From Eledone cirrhosa (taxonomy: Eukaryota), in contig OZ024742.1 in assembly GCA_964016885.1 (NCBI GenBank), positions 344,596,001 through 344,660,000 on the forward strand: a DNA stretch of 64,000 nucleotides. Reading direction: 5' to 3'. The notes beneath the pieces are model-generated. The model saw only the letters and a program-made list of their open reading frames with translations, was not told the DNA's origin and did not search any database. Made by a program: the position numbers and the translations under genes. Shown piece by piece: positions 27,401 to 39,317 of this stretch. Within the stretch, counting starts at the first letter, position 1; each line of letters opens with the position of its first letter.

Positions 27401-28557
27401 GACAACAACTGTTATAGAGAGACAGGTCTAGATACAACAACTGTAATAGAGAGACAGGTCTAGAGACAACTGTAATAGAGAGACAGGTCTAGAGACAACT
27501 GTAGTAGAGAGACAGGTCTAGAGACAACTGTAATAGAGAGACAGGTCTAGAGACAACTGTAATAGAGAGACAGGTCTAGAGACAACAACTGTAATAGAGA
27601 GACAGGTCTAGAGACAACTGTAATAGAGAGACAGGTCTAGAGACAACAACTGTAATAGAGAGACAGGTCTAGAGACAACAACTGTAATAGAGAGACAGGT
27701 CTAGAGACAACTGTAATAGAGAGACAGGTCTAGAGACAACAACTGTAATAGAGAGACAGGTCTAGAGACAACAACTGTAATAGAGAGACAGGTCTAGAGA
27801 CAACAACTGTAATAGAGAGACAGGTCTAGAGACAACAACTGTAATAGAGAGACAGATCTAGAGACAACAACTGTAATAGAGAGACAGGTCTAGAGACAAC
27901 TGTAATAGAGAGACAGGTCTAGAGACAACAACTGTAATAGAGAGACAGGTCTAGAGACAACAACTGTAATAGAGAGACAGGTCTAGAGACAACAACTGTA
28001 ATAGAGAGACAGGTCTAGAGACAACAACTGTAATAGAGAGACAGGTCTAGAGACAACTGTAATAGAGAGACAGGTCTAGAGACAACTGTAATAGAGAGAC
28101 AGGTCTAGAGACAACTGTAGTAGAGAGACAGGTCTAGAGACAACTGTAATAGAGAGACAGGTCTTGAGACAACAACTGTAATAGAGAGACAGGTCTAGAG
28201 ACAACTGTAATAGAGTGACAGGTCTAGAGACAACTGTAATAGAGAGACAGGTCTAGAGACAACAACTGTAATAGAGAGACAGGTCTAGAGACAACAACTT
28301 TAATAGAGAGACAGGTCTAGAGACAACAACTGTAATAGAGAAACAGGTCTAGAGACAACAACTGTAATAGAGAGACAGGTCTAGAGACAACAACTGTAAT
28401 AGAGAGACAGGTCTAGAGACAACAACTGTAATAGAGAGACAGGTCCAGAGACAACAACTGTAATAGAGAGACAGGTCTAGAGACAACAACTGTAGTAGAG
28501 AGACAGGTGTAGAGACAACTGTAATAGAGAGACAGGTGTAGAGACAACAACTGTAAT
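12411..28557. repeat. 16.1-kb satellite of 29/32-bp monomers
   Basis: Unit AGAGACAA(CAA)CTGTAATAGAGAGACAGGTCT, roughly 500+ copies, TCTAGA (XbaI) at most junctions, no unique spacers. Confidence 0.98.
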
Positions 28558-28787
28558 GAACCCTATAGTAGTGGAAATTTCAGGCATCCTGGGTCCCCAG
28601 ACCATTTCCCTACTTTCAGTTAACCACCTGCAAGAATGAACCCACCAGTTGCATTGGCTCTTTCAACATATGTATCTCCCTCACTATCACCCGGGATTTA
28701 GATTGTCGTTGATATAATTCTGTCAGCTGAGACCACGTCAAGATCCAATTTAAGTTTTGCTCCCCAGAGAGACAAAACGAATAAATA

Positions 28788-28996
28788 ATTGTTTCTACTA
28801 TAGGCACAAGACCAGCAATTTTTGGAGAGGTTAAAGTCGATTAAATCGACCCCAGTGCATTACTGGTGCTTTATTTATCGACCCCATAAAGACGAAAGGC
28901 AAAGCTAACCTCGGCGGGATTTGAACTCAGAACATAAAGGGCCGTAACTCTATGCTGCAAAGCATGTTTTCCAGCGATCTACCTATTCTGCCAATC
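28788..28996 (-). mobile_element. tRNA-derived SINE
   Basis: Reverse complement of the family seen at 90-476. Confidence 0.85.
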
Positions 28997-29475
28997 TATA
29001 AATAATGAAAGAAAGCCTCGATTTTATCTTCATTATGTTTATCTTATTATATTCATGGAAGGAAGGATATTTTCTGACAGCATTCTGTTATTTTACAAAT
29101 TCAACTCATCTTAAAGAATATGGAAAGTACTCAATGCATTTCCAGACATAGTCAACATTAATAATTCTAAAAATTGAGAACGTAAGTCAAATACAAACAC
29201 AGCGCATGTGACAGATGAAAATATATGGAATGATAAACACTTTTAGCAACAACGACTCTACAATTCCTACAATTTTATCAATTACGTTACTTTTTCGATG
29301 TCGGTGGCGTTGCTTCTTAAGTTTTGATTTGGCAACGAATAAAAATTGTAATTACTTGGAAATCTACATAATTTCCGATAATTTTATTTTTGCTTCCACC
29401 AGATTCCTCTTTTCATTCGTTTTACATGAATTTCTAACACTGTATTTCTATTTTAAACTAGAAACGAATAACATA

Positions 29476-29651
29476 TTGGCAGTATCGGTAGAGGGTCGGA
29501 CGCCATGCTTTCCAGCATAGTTACGTCGTTTTACGATCTGAGTTCAAATCCCGCCGAGGTTGACTTTGCCTTTCATCCTTACGGGGTCGATAAAATAAAG
29601 TACCAGTAATGCACTGGGTATTTGCTGGCCTTGTGCCTAAAGTAGAAACAA
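29476..29651 (+). mobile_element. tRNA-derived SINE
   Basis: TTGGCAGTATCGGTAGAGGG head, GAGTTCAAATCCC, GCCTTTCATCCTTACGGGGTCGATAAAATAAAGTACCAG. Confidence 0.88.
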
Positions 29652-29926
29652 TAATATATATTTGTATATATTTTCTATATTAGGTGATTATGATATATTT
29701 ATGTATAGTATTTTGCGGTGTATAAATTGCATATTTTAACCCAAAGTTTGATGACAAAATCTGCCTGCACTCTGTACACCTATGTTATCAATACAACAAT
29801 AGCAACATATGAAATGATAGATATTTATATATAGAACTGAATATTAATTTTTTTTCCTTTAAACTTCTTCAAAATATGACTGTGTCTTATATTATGAATA
29901 ATACGGAACATATTGCATACACTTTC

Positions 29927-29978
29927 CTTTTTTGTTTGTTTCAGCCTAGAGGGGCTGTGGCCATGCTGGGACACCACC
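29927..29978 (-). mobile_element. Short 3' tail of a SINE/LINE (stem-loop plus A-rich end)
   Basis: Minus strand GGTGGTGTCCCAGCATGGCCACAGCC...GGCTGAAACAAACAAA; resembles, from memory, the 3' tail of octopus retroposons. Confidence 0.45.
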
Positions 29979-30326
29979 ATCGCCATTTCAAAGGTAATTC
30001 TAGCACTGTTCCTGCAGTCGTTATTTGCTTCTCAATTAAGAAATAGCGTGTTTAACTGTCTGTTTATAAATGACGTATAACCTATGGAATGTAAATCCTT
30101 TGCCAACACACAATTTATGGTATTTTGATCGTCAACCATTTAAAGATACATAAATAGTATTCCGTGCAAGATTCCAACATCATGATATTCGCTCACGGGA
30201 ATTAACTTTAATCGTGAAAACGAATGGAATTGGTAATTACGTAGCGTTTTCCCATCTGAAGTATTATAAATTTATTGAAATAGCCATAAGAAATATTCAA
30301 TTGTTCGTAACTCTAATTATCTATAG

Positions 30327-30529
30327 TGGCGAAGTGGCAGAGTCGTTAGAACGTCAGGCAGAATGCTTTGCACTATTCGCTCCAGCTCTCTACTGTCTTA
30401 GTTCAAATCCCACCGAGGTCAGCTTTACATTTCATCCATTCGAGCTCGATAAATAAAAGTACCAGTCTAATACTGGGTTCGATGCTTCCTCTTTCATTTC
30501 CATCCTTCTCTGGGGAAAATTTGCTGTAT
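30327..30529 (+). mobile_element. tRNA-derived SINE, different subfamily
   Basis: TGGCGAAGTGGCAGAGTCGTTAG head, AGTTCAAATCCC, TTTCATCCATTCGAGCTCGATAAATAAAAGTACCAG. Confidence 0.78.
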
Positions 30530-30539
30530 TCATATGTTT

Positions 30540-31415
30540 ATGTATAACAGATAACAAAATATTTCCATCATCGTATAACTTCTGTCTGTAAAATATAGTT
30601 GACATAATATATATAACAGATAACAAAATATTTCCACCATTGTATAACTTCTGCCAGTAAAATATAGTTGACATAATATATATAACAGATAACAAAATAT
30701 TTCGATCATAGTATAACTTGTGTAAAATATAGTTGACATAATATATATAACAGATAACAAAATATTTCCACCATTGTATAACTTCTGCCAGTAAAATATA
30801 GTTGACATAATATATATAACAGATAACAAAATATTTCGATCATAGTATAACTTGTGTAAAATATAGTTGACATAATATATATAACAGATAACAAAATATT
30901 TCCACCATTGTATAACTTCTGCCAGTAAAATATAGTTGACATAATATATATAACAGATAACAAAATATTTCGATCATAGTATAACTTGTGTAAAATATAG
31001 TTGACATAATATATATAACAGATAACAAAATATTTCCACCATTGTATAACTTCTGCCAGTAAAATATAGTTGACATAATATATATAACAGATAACAAAAT
31101 ATTTCCACCATTGTATAACTTCTGCCAGTAAAATATAGTTGACATAATATATATAACAGATAACAAAATATTTCCACCATTGTATAACTTCTGCCAGTAA
31201 AATATAGTTGACATAATATATATAACAGATAACAAAATATTTCGATCATAGTATAACTTGTGTAAAATATAGTTGACATAATATATATAACAGATAACAA
31301 AATATTTCCACCATTGTATAACTTCTGCCAGTAAAATATAGTTGACATAATATATATAACAGATAACAAAATATTTCGATCATAGTATAACTTGTGTAAA
31401 ATATAGTTGACATAA
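30540..31415. repeat. Minisatellite of 69-bp and 65-bp monomers forming a 134-bp dimer
   Basis: The A unit (...TCCACCATTGTATAACTTCTGCCAG...) alternates with the B unit (...TCGATCATAGTATAACTTGT...); one run of three A units. Confidence 0.95.
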
Positions 31416-31744
31416 AGTGTTGATATTTAACAGATATCAGAATAAAATGATTCTAGCCCGCTCCAGCCCCACCCCATAATAGGTGAATAAATAAAAAATA
31501 AATAAGTAATAGATGAATTATTTCTTTATTATCTATCTCTCTCTCTCTATATATATATGTATATATATATATATATAATATATATATATATTTATTTATA
31601 TATATATGTATAAATGTATATACGTACATTAACATACACACACACATATATACTTACATACTTATATATTCACACACACACACACACACACATAATAAGT
31701 GTATACACACACACACACACATACACACACATACACACACACAT

Positions 31745-31776
<32 letters not shown>

Positions 31777-32108
31777 CTGTACAACTTATCTTACATATGT
31801 AAGCTCATTAAAAATATTTTGGCATATATATACTTGTCCATATATATACATACACATATATACATATATACATACATATATATATTCATACACACATATA
31901 TATATTCCTTTACAGACATATACATATATATACACACACATACTTCTACATTCTATCAATTACTTAATTAATTGGCTGATTGATTCTTTATGTAGCAATA
32001 CACACATATTTATATAAACAAATATATGAATACAAATAAACAACATTTAAAACAAAATTAGATAAATAATAGATAAAAATACGTAAAATGGTAAAATATA
32101 TATACAGA

Positions 32109-32130
32109 TATACAGAATATAGATGAAAGG

Positions 32131-32162
<32 letters not shown>

Positions 32163-32184
32163 CCTTTCATCTATATTCTGTATA
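32109..32184. repeat. Perfect palindrome with (TA)n centre
   Basis: TATACAGAATATAGATGAAAGGTT-(AT)n-AACCTTTCATCTATATTCTGTATA. Confidence 0.9.
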
Positions 32185-32458
32185 AGTAAAATATATATTA
32201 AATTATGTAGAATAAAATACAAAGGTAAAAGACTAGAGAAATATATATTAGATAAAAGAACAGCTTTTCAATTGTTCCAGTTTAAATATGTGAACTAATG
32301 AAATTGGCGTTGAGAAAGAACTAACGTAAGCACTCTTTGTACGGAATTATGTGAATTTAGATATAAAATTAATGGAAGAAAATGTAGTGGTGTTAAAAAT
32401 TATGTAGGTTTGTAGTATCTGAAGGTTTTTACTATTTTGTGATTGCAGGATATTATTA

Positions 32459-32649
32459 GGTGGTGGATTGGCAGTATCGATAGAGGGTCGGACGCCATGC
32501 TTTACAACAAAGAGTTACCTCCCTTTACGGACTGAGTTCAAATCCCGCCGCAGTTAACTTTGCTTTTCATCCTTACAGGGTCGATAAAATAAAGTACCAG
32601 TAATACACTGGATTAATTACTGGCCTTGTGCCAAAAGTAGAAACAATTA
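32459..32649 (+). mobile_element. tRNA-derived SINE
   Basis: Full family structure. Confidence 0.88.
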
Positions 32650-32810
32650 TTAGGTTTTGCTTTTTATCAAGAAAAGCTTCATTGGACTTCATGATCTGGA
32701 AAACAGTCATTAGCTATGTACTCCTTCATATTGCTTGGTCTTTTTAAAGATGCTCCATTCTAAATTATCTTTGATACCCTTAAGTTTACATTTATTATTA
32801 GTCTCTGAAG

Positions 32811-33020
32811 CGCGGTGGATTGGCAGTAAAGGGCGGTGGATTGGCAGTATCGATAGAGGGTCGGACGCCATGCTTTGACGCATAGAGTTACGGCCCTTGC
32901 CATTCTGAGTTCAAATCCCGCCGAAGTTAACTTTGCCTTTCATCCTTATGGGTTGATAAAATAAAGTACCAGTAATACACTTGGTAATTTCTGGCCTTGT
33001 GCCAAAAGTAGAAACAATTA
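32811..33020 (+). mobile_element. tRNA-derived SINE with duplicated 5' head
   Basis: GCGGTGGATTGGCAGTA occurs twice at the start; the remainder is canonical. Confidence 0.88.
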
Positions 33021-33104
33021 TTAGTCTCTGCTGGTGGAGTTGTAATCCACAGTCTTGTGTGCATAAATCAGTGTCAATGTGTATAGAATCTTCTTTTAAA
33101 AAGA

Positions 33105-33231
33105 ATTAGCTCTTGCTCCTATGTAATATTAGTCTGGAACTAACTGTTGAAACGGCAAGAGGTAAGTCGTCTTTCTAATATAGTCATACTCTACTATCGC
33201 AAGTATCGAGTACTATGTTGAATGATGGTAA

Positions 33232-33234
<3 letters not shown>
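33105..33234. repeat. Hairpin element, family member H3 (left arm degraded)
   Basis: CTGGAACTAACTGTTGAAACGGCAAGAG, then AAGTATCGAGTACT (33201-33214), then (TA)n. Confidence 0.65.
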
Positions 33235-33276
<42 letters not shown>

Positions 33277-33372
33277 ATCAAAAGATAGTTAAAAGAGTTC
33301 CATGTATTTTATTATGCGCATTTCAAAAACAAATATCACCATGGGATGATATTTGTTATAAAACTCCCTCCT

Positions 33373-33456
<84 letters not shown>

Positions 33457-33459
<3 letters not shown>

Positions 33460-33922
33460 TTCGCTTCAAGCATAGCTTTATACAAATATGTATAGAAATT
33501 TCGTATTTCTAAAGAAACACGATTTTAGGAAGCCGTAGCTATGCAAACACCGGGCTAGCGCCCTCTGGTGGTATCCAGCAGAAGCAAGGGGGACAATCGT
33601 CTATTCATTTCAGGCTTGACTGGTCTTCTTCAGGGCGGTTCCTCCCACCGTTTGTAACTGCTGGACTTGAAAACAGTCGAGAATATATAGTTTTCTCGTC
33701 TGTGTAAATGAGGTGATTAATCTCATTTGCATATGAAGTTGCATAAGTTGGCTTAACTTATAATAGAATAGAAATAGGATTTCGCTTGAAGCATAGCTTT
33801 ATACAATTTGTATAGAAATTTCGTATTTCTAAAGAAACACGGTTCTAGGAAGCCGTAGCTAATGCAAACACCGGGGCCAGCGCCCTCTTGTGGTGGCCAG
33901 CAGAAGCAAGGGTGACAGGCAG

Positions 33923-33925
<3 letters not shown>
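33457..33925 (-). mobile_element. Non-coding PLE pseudo-LTR or retrozyme-like unit (321-bp period, partial dimer) in (TA)n
   Basis: 33457-33595 is repeated at 33778-33917; degenerate hammerhead on the minus strand at 33597-33640; (TA)n on both sides. Confidence 0.55.
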
Positions 33926-33962
<37 letters not shown>

Positions 33963-33966
<4 letters not shown>

Positions 33967-34322
33967 GTAGAACACTGATGGGTTATATCGGTAGTAGTAG
34001 AGCACTGAGTCCATGGGAGGAGTTAGGTAGAAGTAGTAACACAACAGTGGGTTCACCTTACCGAGAACAAATGTTTCCCCTTATTCAGGTCCTCATCTGG
34101 GTCTAAATCAAGTTGTACGGAAAAAGAAAAACAACCTGGAGAAGTGACTGTTTCTGCACATGCGTATTTGCACGGTTGTTTTTTCCTTTTCCTTTTCCTT
34201 TTCTTTTCATTTAGTCAAAGCTGAGAATCCGAATAAGGTGAAACATTTGCCGGGGCTGTGGGGAGGCCACCAATATGTTTGACTGAATTGTCATTTTATC
34301 AGTCAGATGTTCTAATGATTCT
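33963..34322. repeat. Fold-back element with inverted degenerate hammerhead-like arms
   Basis: CAAATGTTTCCCCTTATTC...GAAAAACAACC is mirrored by GGTTGTTTTT...GAATAAGGTGAAACATTTG; TA-flanked. Confidence 0.45.
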
Positions 34323-34436
34323 CTATATATATACTATTGATTTTATTTATACATGATAAAGTACATTACTTATCAACGTATATTATTTTCTGTTCTCCGC
34401 ATGGTGAACTAACTGTTGTGGAACTACGAGACACGA

Positions 34437-34582
34437 CGGCTGAGTTCTTGCCGTTTCAAATGCTAGATCCAGACTAGCTGTTGAAACGGCAAGAGCTCAG
34501 CCGACGGGAATGTACACTTCATAATATCGCGATACACTACTTCCCCAAGTATCGAGTACTTTGTTGATTAATGTTCTAACTA
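34437..34582. repeat. Hairpin element, family member H4
   Basis: CGGCTGAGTTCTTGCCGTTTCAA...TTGAAACGGCAAGAGCTCAGCCG (34437-34503), then AAGTATCGAGTACT (34547-34560), then (TA)n. Confidence 0.75.
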
Positions 34583-34587
34583 TATGC

Positions 34588-34628
<41 letters not shown>

Positions 34629-34715
34629 GGAAAAATTTGAACAGGGACAAAACAGAGAGGCAGTACAACAAATGTTTATTAATTTCACGCTCTGGAGAGT
34701 GGGGTGTAGGTGGGG

Positions 34716-34750
34716 GACGACGTTTCGGGCATAAGCCCTTCCTCAGGTGA
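34716..34750 (-). ncRNA. Minimal hammerhead ribozyme core in PLE 3' end
   Basis: Minus strand CTGAGGA-A-GGGC(TTAT)GCCC-GAAACGTC; palindromic ACGT stem III; stem I only ~2 bp. Confidence 0.55.
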
Positions 34751-36252
34751 GAAGTGTGTGGGAACAGAGTTCAAAGGGTGTGTAGGGGAGTGGTGGAGAG
34801 ACATATAGCGAAAGGAAACGGTGCGAATGAAAAAATAACAAGTAAAGATAAAAATAAAAATAAAAATAAAGCATGATCAAAATACAAGGAATGAGATAAA
34901 TTTAAAAATAAAGGCATGATCAAAATAAACTGAAATTAAAAGGGGGGTAAACAGGTGGTGGAAAGGTGTGGGGTGTGTAGGGGTGGTGGCGGGTGGAGTG
35001 GTGGCGGGTGGAGCGGGTGTCCGAACGGGGAGGGCTGAAGGTGGTGTGTGTGTGTAGGTGTGCGTGTGTGTGTGTGTGTATGTGAAAGTAAGGGTTGGGG
35101 GAAGAACGGGGTTGCATGTTCAGGAAGAGGGGGGGGGGGTCGGAGTGTCTGTGCGTGTGTGGATAGAGGGGTGGGGGGAGAGGAATCAGGAGGCTGAGGG
35201 TGTAATATGCGGTGGAAAGCACGTGTGTGTGGGGTTTAAGCGTGTTGTGGGTGTGGGTGGCGTGTGGAGAAAAAAAATGTTTTGGGGTGTGAGTGTGGGT
35301 GAGTTATATAGGTGATTACGTAAGAGGATGGTTGAAAAGTTGGTAAATTCCAAAGATGTTTAGTGGATTGGTTGTAGGTGAATTTCTGCGTGTGGGTAAT
35401 CCATGAAGCGGTGGTCGGAAGAGGAGAGATGTGGGGTGCGCGCGCAACAGGAAGTGGTCAGCAGTGGGAGTGCTGTGGTCTGTTAGTGCTGGGAGGTGGT
35501 CAGAGGGCATAGCAGCAGTCGGTGGAATGGTAAGGGGGCGAGGATGGGTAGGTGTGAAAGTTGGAGTGAGGAGGGTGTGTGTGTGTGTGTGTGTATTAGT
35601 AGGGGTGTTAGTGGGATGACTGAGTGTGGAGCGAGGGTGTGGGTGGAGCGGGGAGAGAAGGGTGTGTGTGGTTCTATGGAGGGAGTGTGGTGTACTGGTG
35701 TGTGTGTAGTTTGATGAAGAGGTGTTAGTGGGTGTTAGTATACGGGAGGTGGGGAAGGGTTGAATGCAGGTGTGAGTGGGGGTTAGTGGTGGTAGGGTGT
35801 GTAGAGTTGGTGGTGTACGAGGGTGTGTGGGTACGTGTGCGTGATGTTGGGGGGGTGTTAGTGATGTTAGTTGCGTGTGGGGTGGGTGGTGTAAGTGGGT
35901 GCGTGTGTTCGTGTGCTTGGGGTTAGGGGGTGTTAGTGAGGTTAGTTGCGGGGTGGTGGGATGGAGGTGTGGGGGTGAGAGGTGTGGGGGTGAGGGTTAG
36001 TGGTGGTAGTAGGGTGTGTGTTTAGTGTGAGCGCGTGTATATATGTGCCGGTGGGTGTGTGCGTGTGATAAGGAGGGGGAGGAGGAGAAGAGGGGAGGGA
36101 AGGGATGTTAGTATGTTAGTTGGGGAAGGGTGGTCAGATGAGGGGTGGAGTGGAGGTGTTAGTATTGTTAGTTGTGGGCTGGGCGGTGAAAAGGAGGGGT
36201 GTGTTAGTGGTGTTAGTGGGGGATAAGTGTGGGGGGAGGGGGCGGTCGAAGG

Positions 36253-37674
36253 CTAAAGGAATAAGGGTGGGGAGTTCAGGCCGGGGGGAGTGTGGGTCTG
36301 TAAGATGAAGATAGTTCGTTGTTCGACCGTAAGGCGATTGGCGGGAGTTCCGTGGCACTGGAGTAGGCCACAGACTGTGAGATGGCGTGCGGAGTGTCCA
36401 GGGCCACCAAAGTGGCGGGCGATGGGGGAACTGCCCCCGAGACGAATATCCCGGAGGTGCTCCGTGACTCGGTCCGCCAGGCGACGTCCCGTCTGTCCGA
36501 CATAGGTTGGAGGAGGTGCAGCGGAAGGCATGCCGGACCGAGAGAGAGTGGCCGTTGGGACCCTGGAAGGTGGTGGTGTTGGTGATGTGGGGACAGGTGT
36601 TGCAGCGGGGCCTAGAACAGGGAAAGGAACCGGGGGGGGAACAGAGCGTGGGTTGGGGGTAGGGAGCTGTGGACGAGGAGGGTGCGGAGATTGCGTGCGC
36701 GTTTGAAGGAGGGGAGTGGTGGGGTTGGGAAGATGTGGGAGGTGGAGGGGTCGGACTGGAGGCGTCGGAAGAGGCGGCGGATGGTGCGGTGGAGGGGTAA
36801 GGTGGAGGGGTGGTAGGTGATGGGGAAGGGGAGACGGTGGGTGGGTGTGCGGTGGCGTGGGGTGAGGGTGGTCGAGCGGGGGACAGCACGGGCGCGGATG
36901 AGAGCGGTGTAAACGAGGGGGGGGGGGGGTAACATCTGCGGATGAAATGGCTGACTAGGGAAAGGGCCTGGGACTCGAAGTCAGCATCACGGCTACAGAG
37001 GCGGCGGATCCTGAGAAGTTGGGAGTAGGGAATGGAGGGTTTAGTGTGGGTGGGGTGGGAAGAGGTGAAGTCGAGGTAAGAGTGGGAGTCGGTGGGTTTG
37101 AAGAAGGCGGAGGTGACGAGGGAGTGGTGGGAGGGGTCGAAGGCGACGGAGATGTCTAAGAAGTGGACGCGGGTGGTGGAGATAGAGGTGGTGAAGTGGA
37201 GGGAGGGGTGGAAGGAGCAGAAGAAGGAGAGAAAGGAGTGGAGCTGTACTCGGGTGAGGGTCGTGGCTCCGATACAGTCGTCAATGTAACGACCGTACAG
37301 TTCGGGCGTGGGGCCGGTGTACTGGGCAAAGATTTGGGCCTCAACATGGCCAACAAAAAGGTTGGCATAGTTCGGGCCCATTCTTGTGCCCATGGCTACC
37401 CCTGTGACCTGTTGGTAAAACTCACCCGAGAAGGAGAAACAATTTAGGGTGAGGACCAGCTCGGCGAGGCGAAGGAGGGTGGGTGTTGAGGGAATGGGGG
37501 AGGGGCGAAGGTCGAGGTAGTGTTTGAGGGCACGTAGGCCGTCGGCGTGGGGGATGACTGTATAGAGGGACTTGATGTCTAGGGTGAAGAGGAAGGGCTG
37601 TGGGCCGGGTAGGTAGGTGAAGGAGTCGAAAAGGCGCAGGGCGTGGTTGGTGTCGGAGATGTGGGAGGGGAGGG
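36253..37674 (-). pseudogene. PLE RT/GIY-YIG polyprotein, truncated and frameshifted
   Basis: LDIKSLYTVIPH, GVAMGTRMGPNYANLF, YGRYIDD, FLDI, KPTDSHSYLDFTSSHP, IPYSQLLRIRRLCS, CSRPRCNTC, YVGQTGRRLADRVTEH, PGLN; frameshifts at G-runs ~36920 and ~36635. Confidence 0.9.
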
Positions 37675-37774
<100 letters not shown>

Positions 37775-38269
37775 CGTGTGTATATTGTTCTAATCTTCAT
37801 ACTTATTGATTTTTGTGTTAAAATGCTGTTAAGAAAATATATTCATATTTTATTATGGGAAAATTAGTAAAATATTTCTCCGGATTTGGAGTCTATTCAC
37901 CTTTGTTCTTAAACGTTGCTCTACTATATCAATACCCACAGAAATACTGTTGTACATTCCATAGAAATGAAAACAGAACTTTACACTTCTTCACCTTATA
38001 TCGTTCAGCGAGTGTATATACTGTGCTCATTTGTATTTCTATTTCAATTTGTAACAAGATTTCCTGTGTATATGTTATATCTATTTTAATTTAAATATAC
38101 TTGTACCGAATTGCTTTCAACTAAGTGAGTGGGACCAGTTTTTATATCAAATTATAAATTACACTCAATTAAGTTCATTTCCAGCACACTGTATCTAGCA
38201 TACATTTGAGTTGTGTGTATATATATATATATATAATAATATTTATATATATATACATAGATATCTATC

Positions 38270-38355
<86 letters not shown>

Positions 38356-38885
38356 TATATATGGGTGTGTATATATATATATATATATATACACCCATTA
38401 CCAATATGCACAAACATATATATCCAGCGAATTTCAACCGTTGAGGTTGTCTTTTTTCCGGGTATGTCAATATTTATTTATAAAGCAAATCTGTATTTAA
38501 TCTGATGAAAGCGCACCATAATTTACCTTGGTCGCCCTTGAAATATATATAATAAAATAAATATGGTTTTATAAATATAGTTTCCATTTATTAATATATT
38601 GTATATATATATATATATATATTAGTACATACATAGACATATATGTTTGTGTATATATAAGGATTATATATATAGTCTACGGTTATATATATATTTATAT
38701 ATATATATATACCCGTAGACTTATTAATAACTTCTGGTAGTAAAGTTGTATTCGCCAATTTATGTTTATAGGAGTGTGAATGTAAAATATCATGACGATC
38801 CCGCTTATGGAGAAAGTAGACATTCTTCGTTTAAATGTTTAATCTGTTCTAATAATGAATATATACATTCATACATACATATATG

Positions 38886-38969
<84 letters not shown>

Positions 38970-39317
38970 GGTGTGTGTGTGTCTCTCTCTATATATATAA
39001 ATAGTTTAAATAACACAAAAGAGTTAAAAGAGTTAAAGTATTCGTAAACTAACAACTGTTTCTACCCGTACTGAACCACACATTGGAAGTTTTACTTATT
39101 AAAAGCTGTCTGCAGAGTTTATCAAAATACATCAGATACTATTCCACATAGAATAATATTAAGAACATATAATATATAAAAACACTCATTACGACATTAA
39201 TGTGCAAATTGCAAAAGAAAAGTCGCCAAAAATAGTTGAAATATGGCAGTGATCAAGATCAAGAAATATATATTTTTGTGAGAGAAGAATGTGATAACTG
39301 CAGAACCGTATAAAACT

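Larger units (their letters stand above)
34628..37674 (-). mobile_element. Penelope-like retroelement, Neptune type, 5'-truncated, inserted in (TA)n
   Basis: RT, Cys linker and C-terminal GIY-YIG remnant; long C-rich 3' UTR; hammerhead core and AATAAA near the 3' end. Confidence 0.88.

Noticed and set aside
12411-28557. CRISPR array (29-32 bp repeats with a partial palindrome)
   Set aside because: Repeats are contiguous with no unique spacers, there are no cas genes, and the context is eukaryotic.
28557-28790. Possible host exon (also 11260-11370 and 40448-40675)
   Set aside because: No recognisable protein motif or convincing splice-site pair in any frame examined; cannot be excluded without RNA-seq.
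30432-31369. Repeated hydrophobic ORFs (LLSVIYIMSTIFYW...)
   Set aside because: Translation of the 69/65-bp minisatellite; the B unit shifts the frame.
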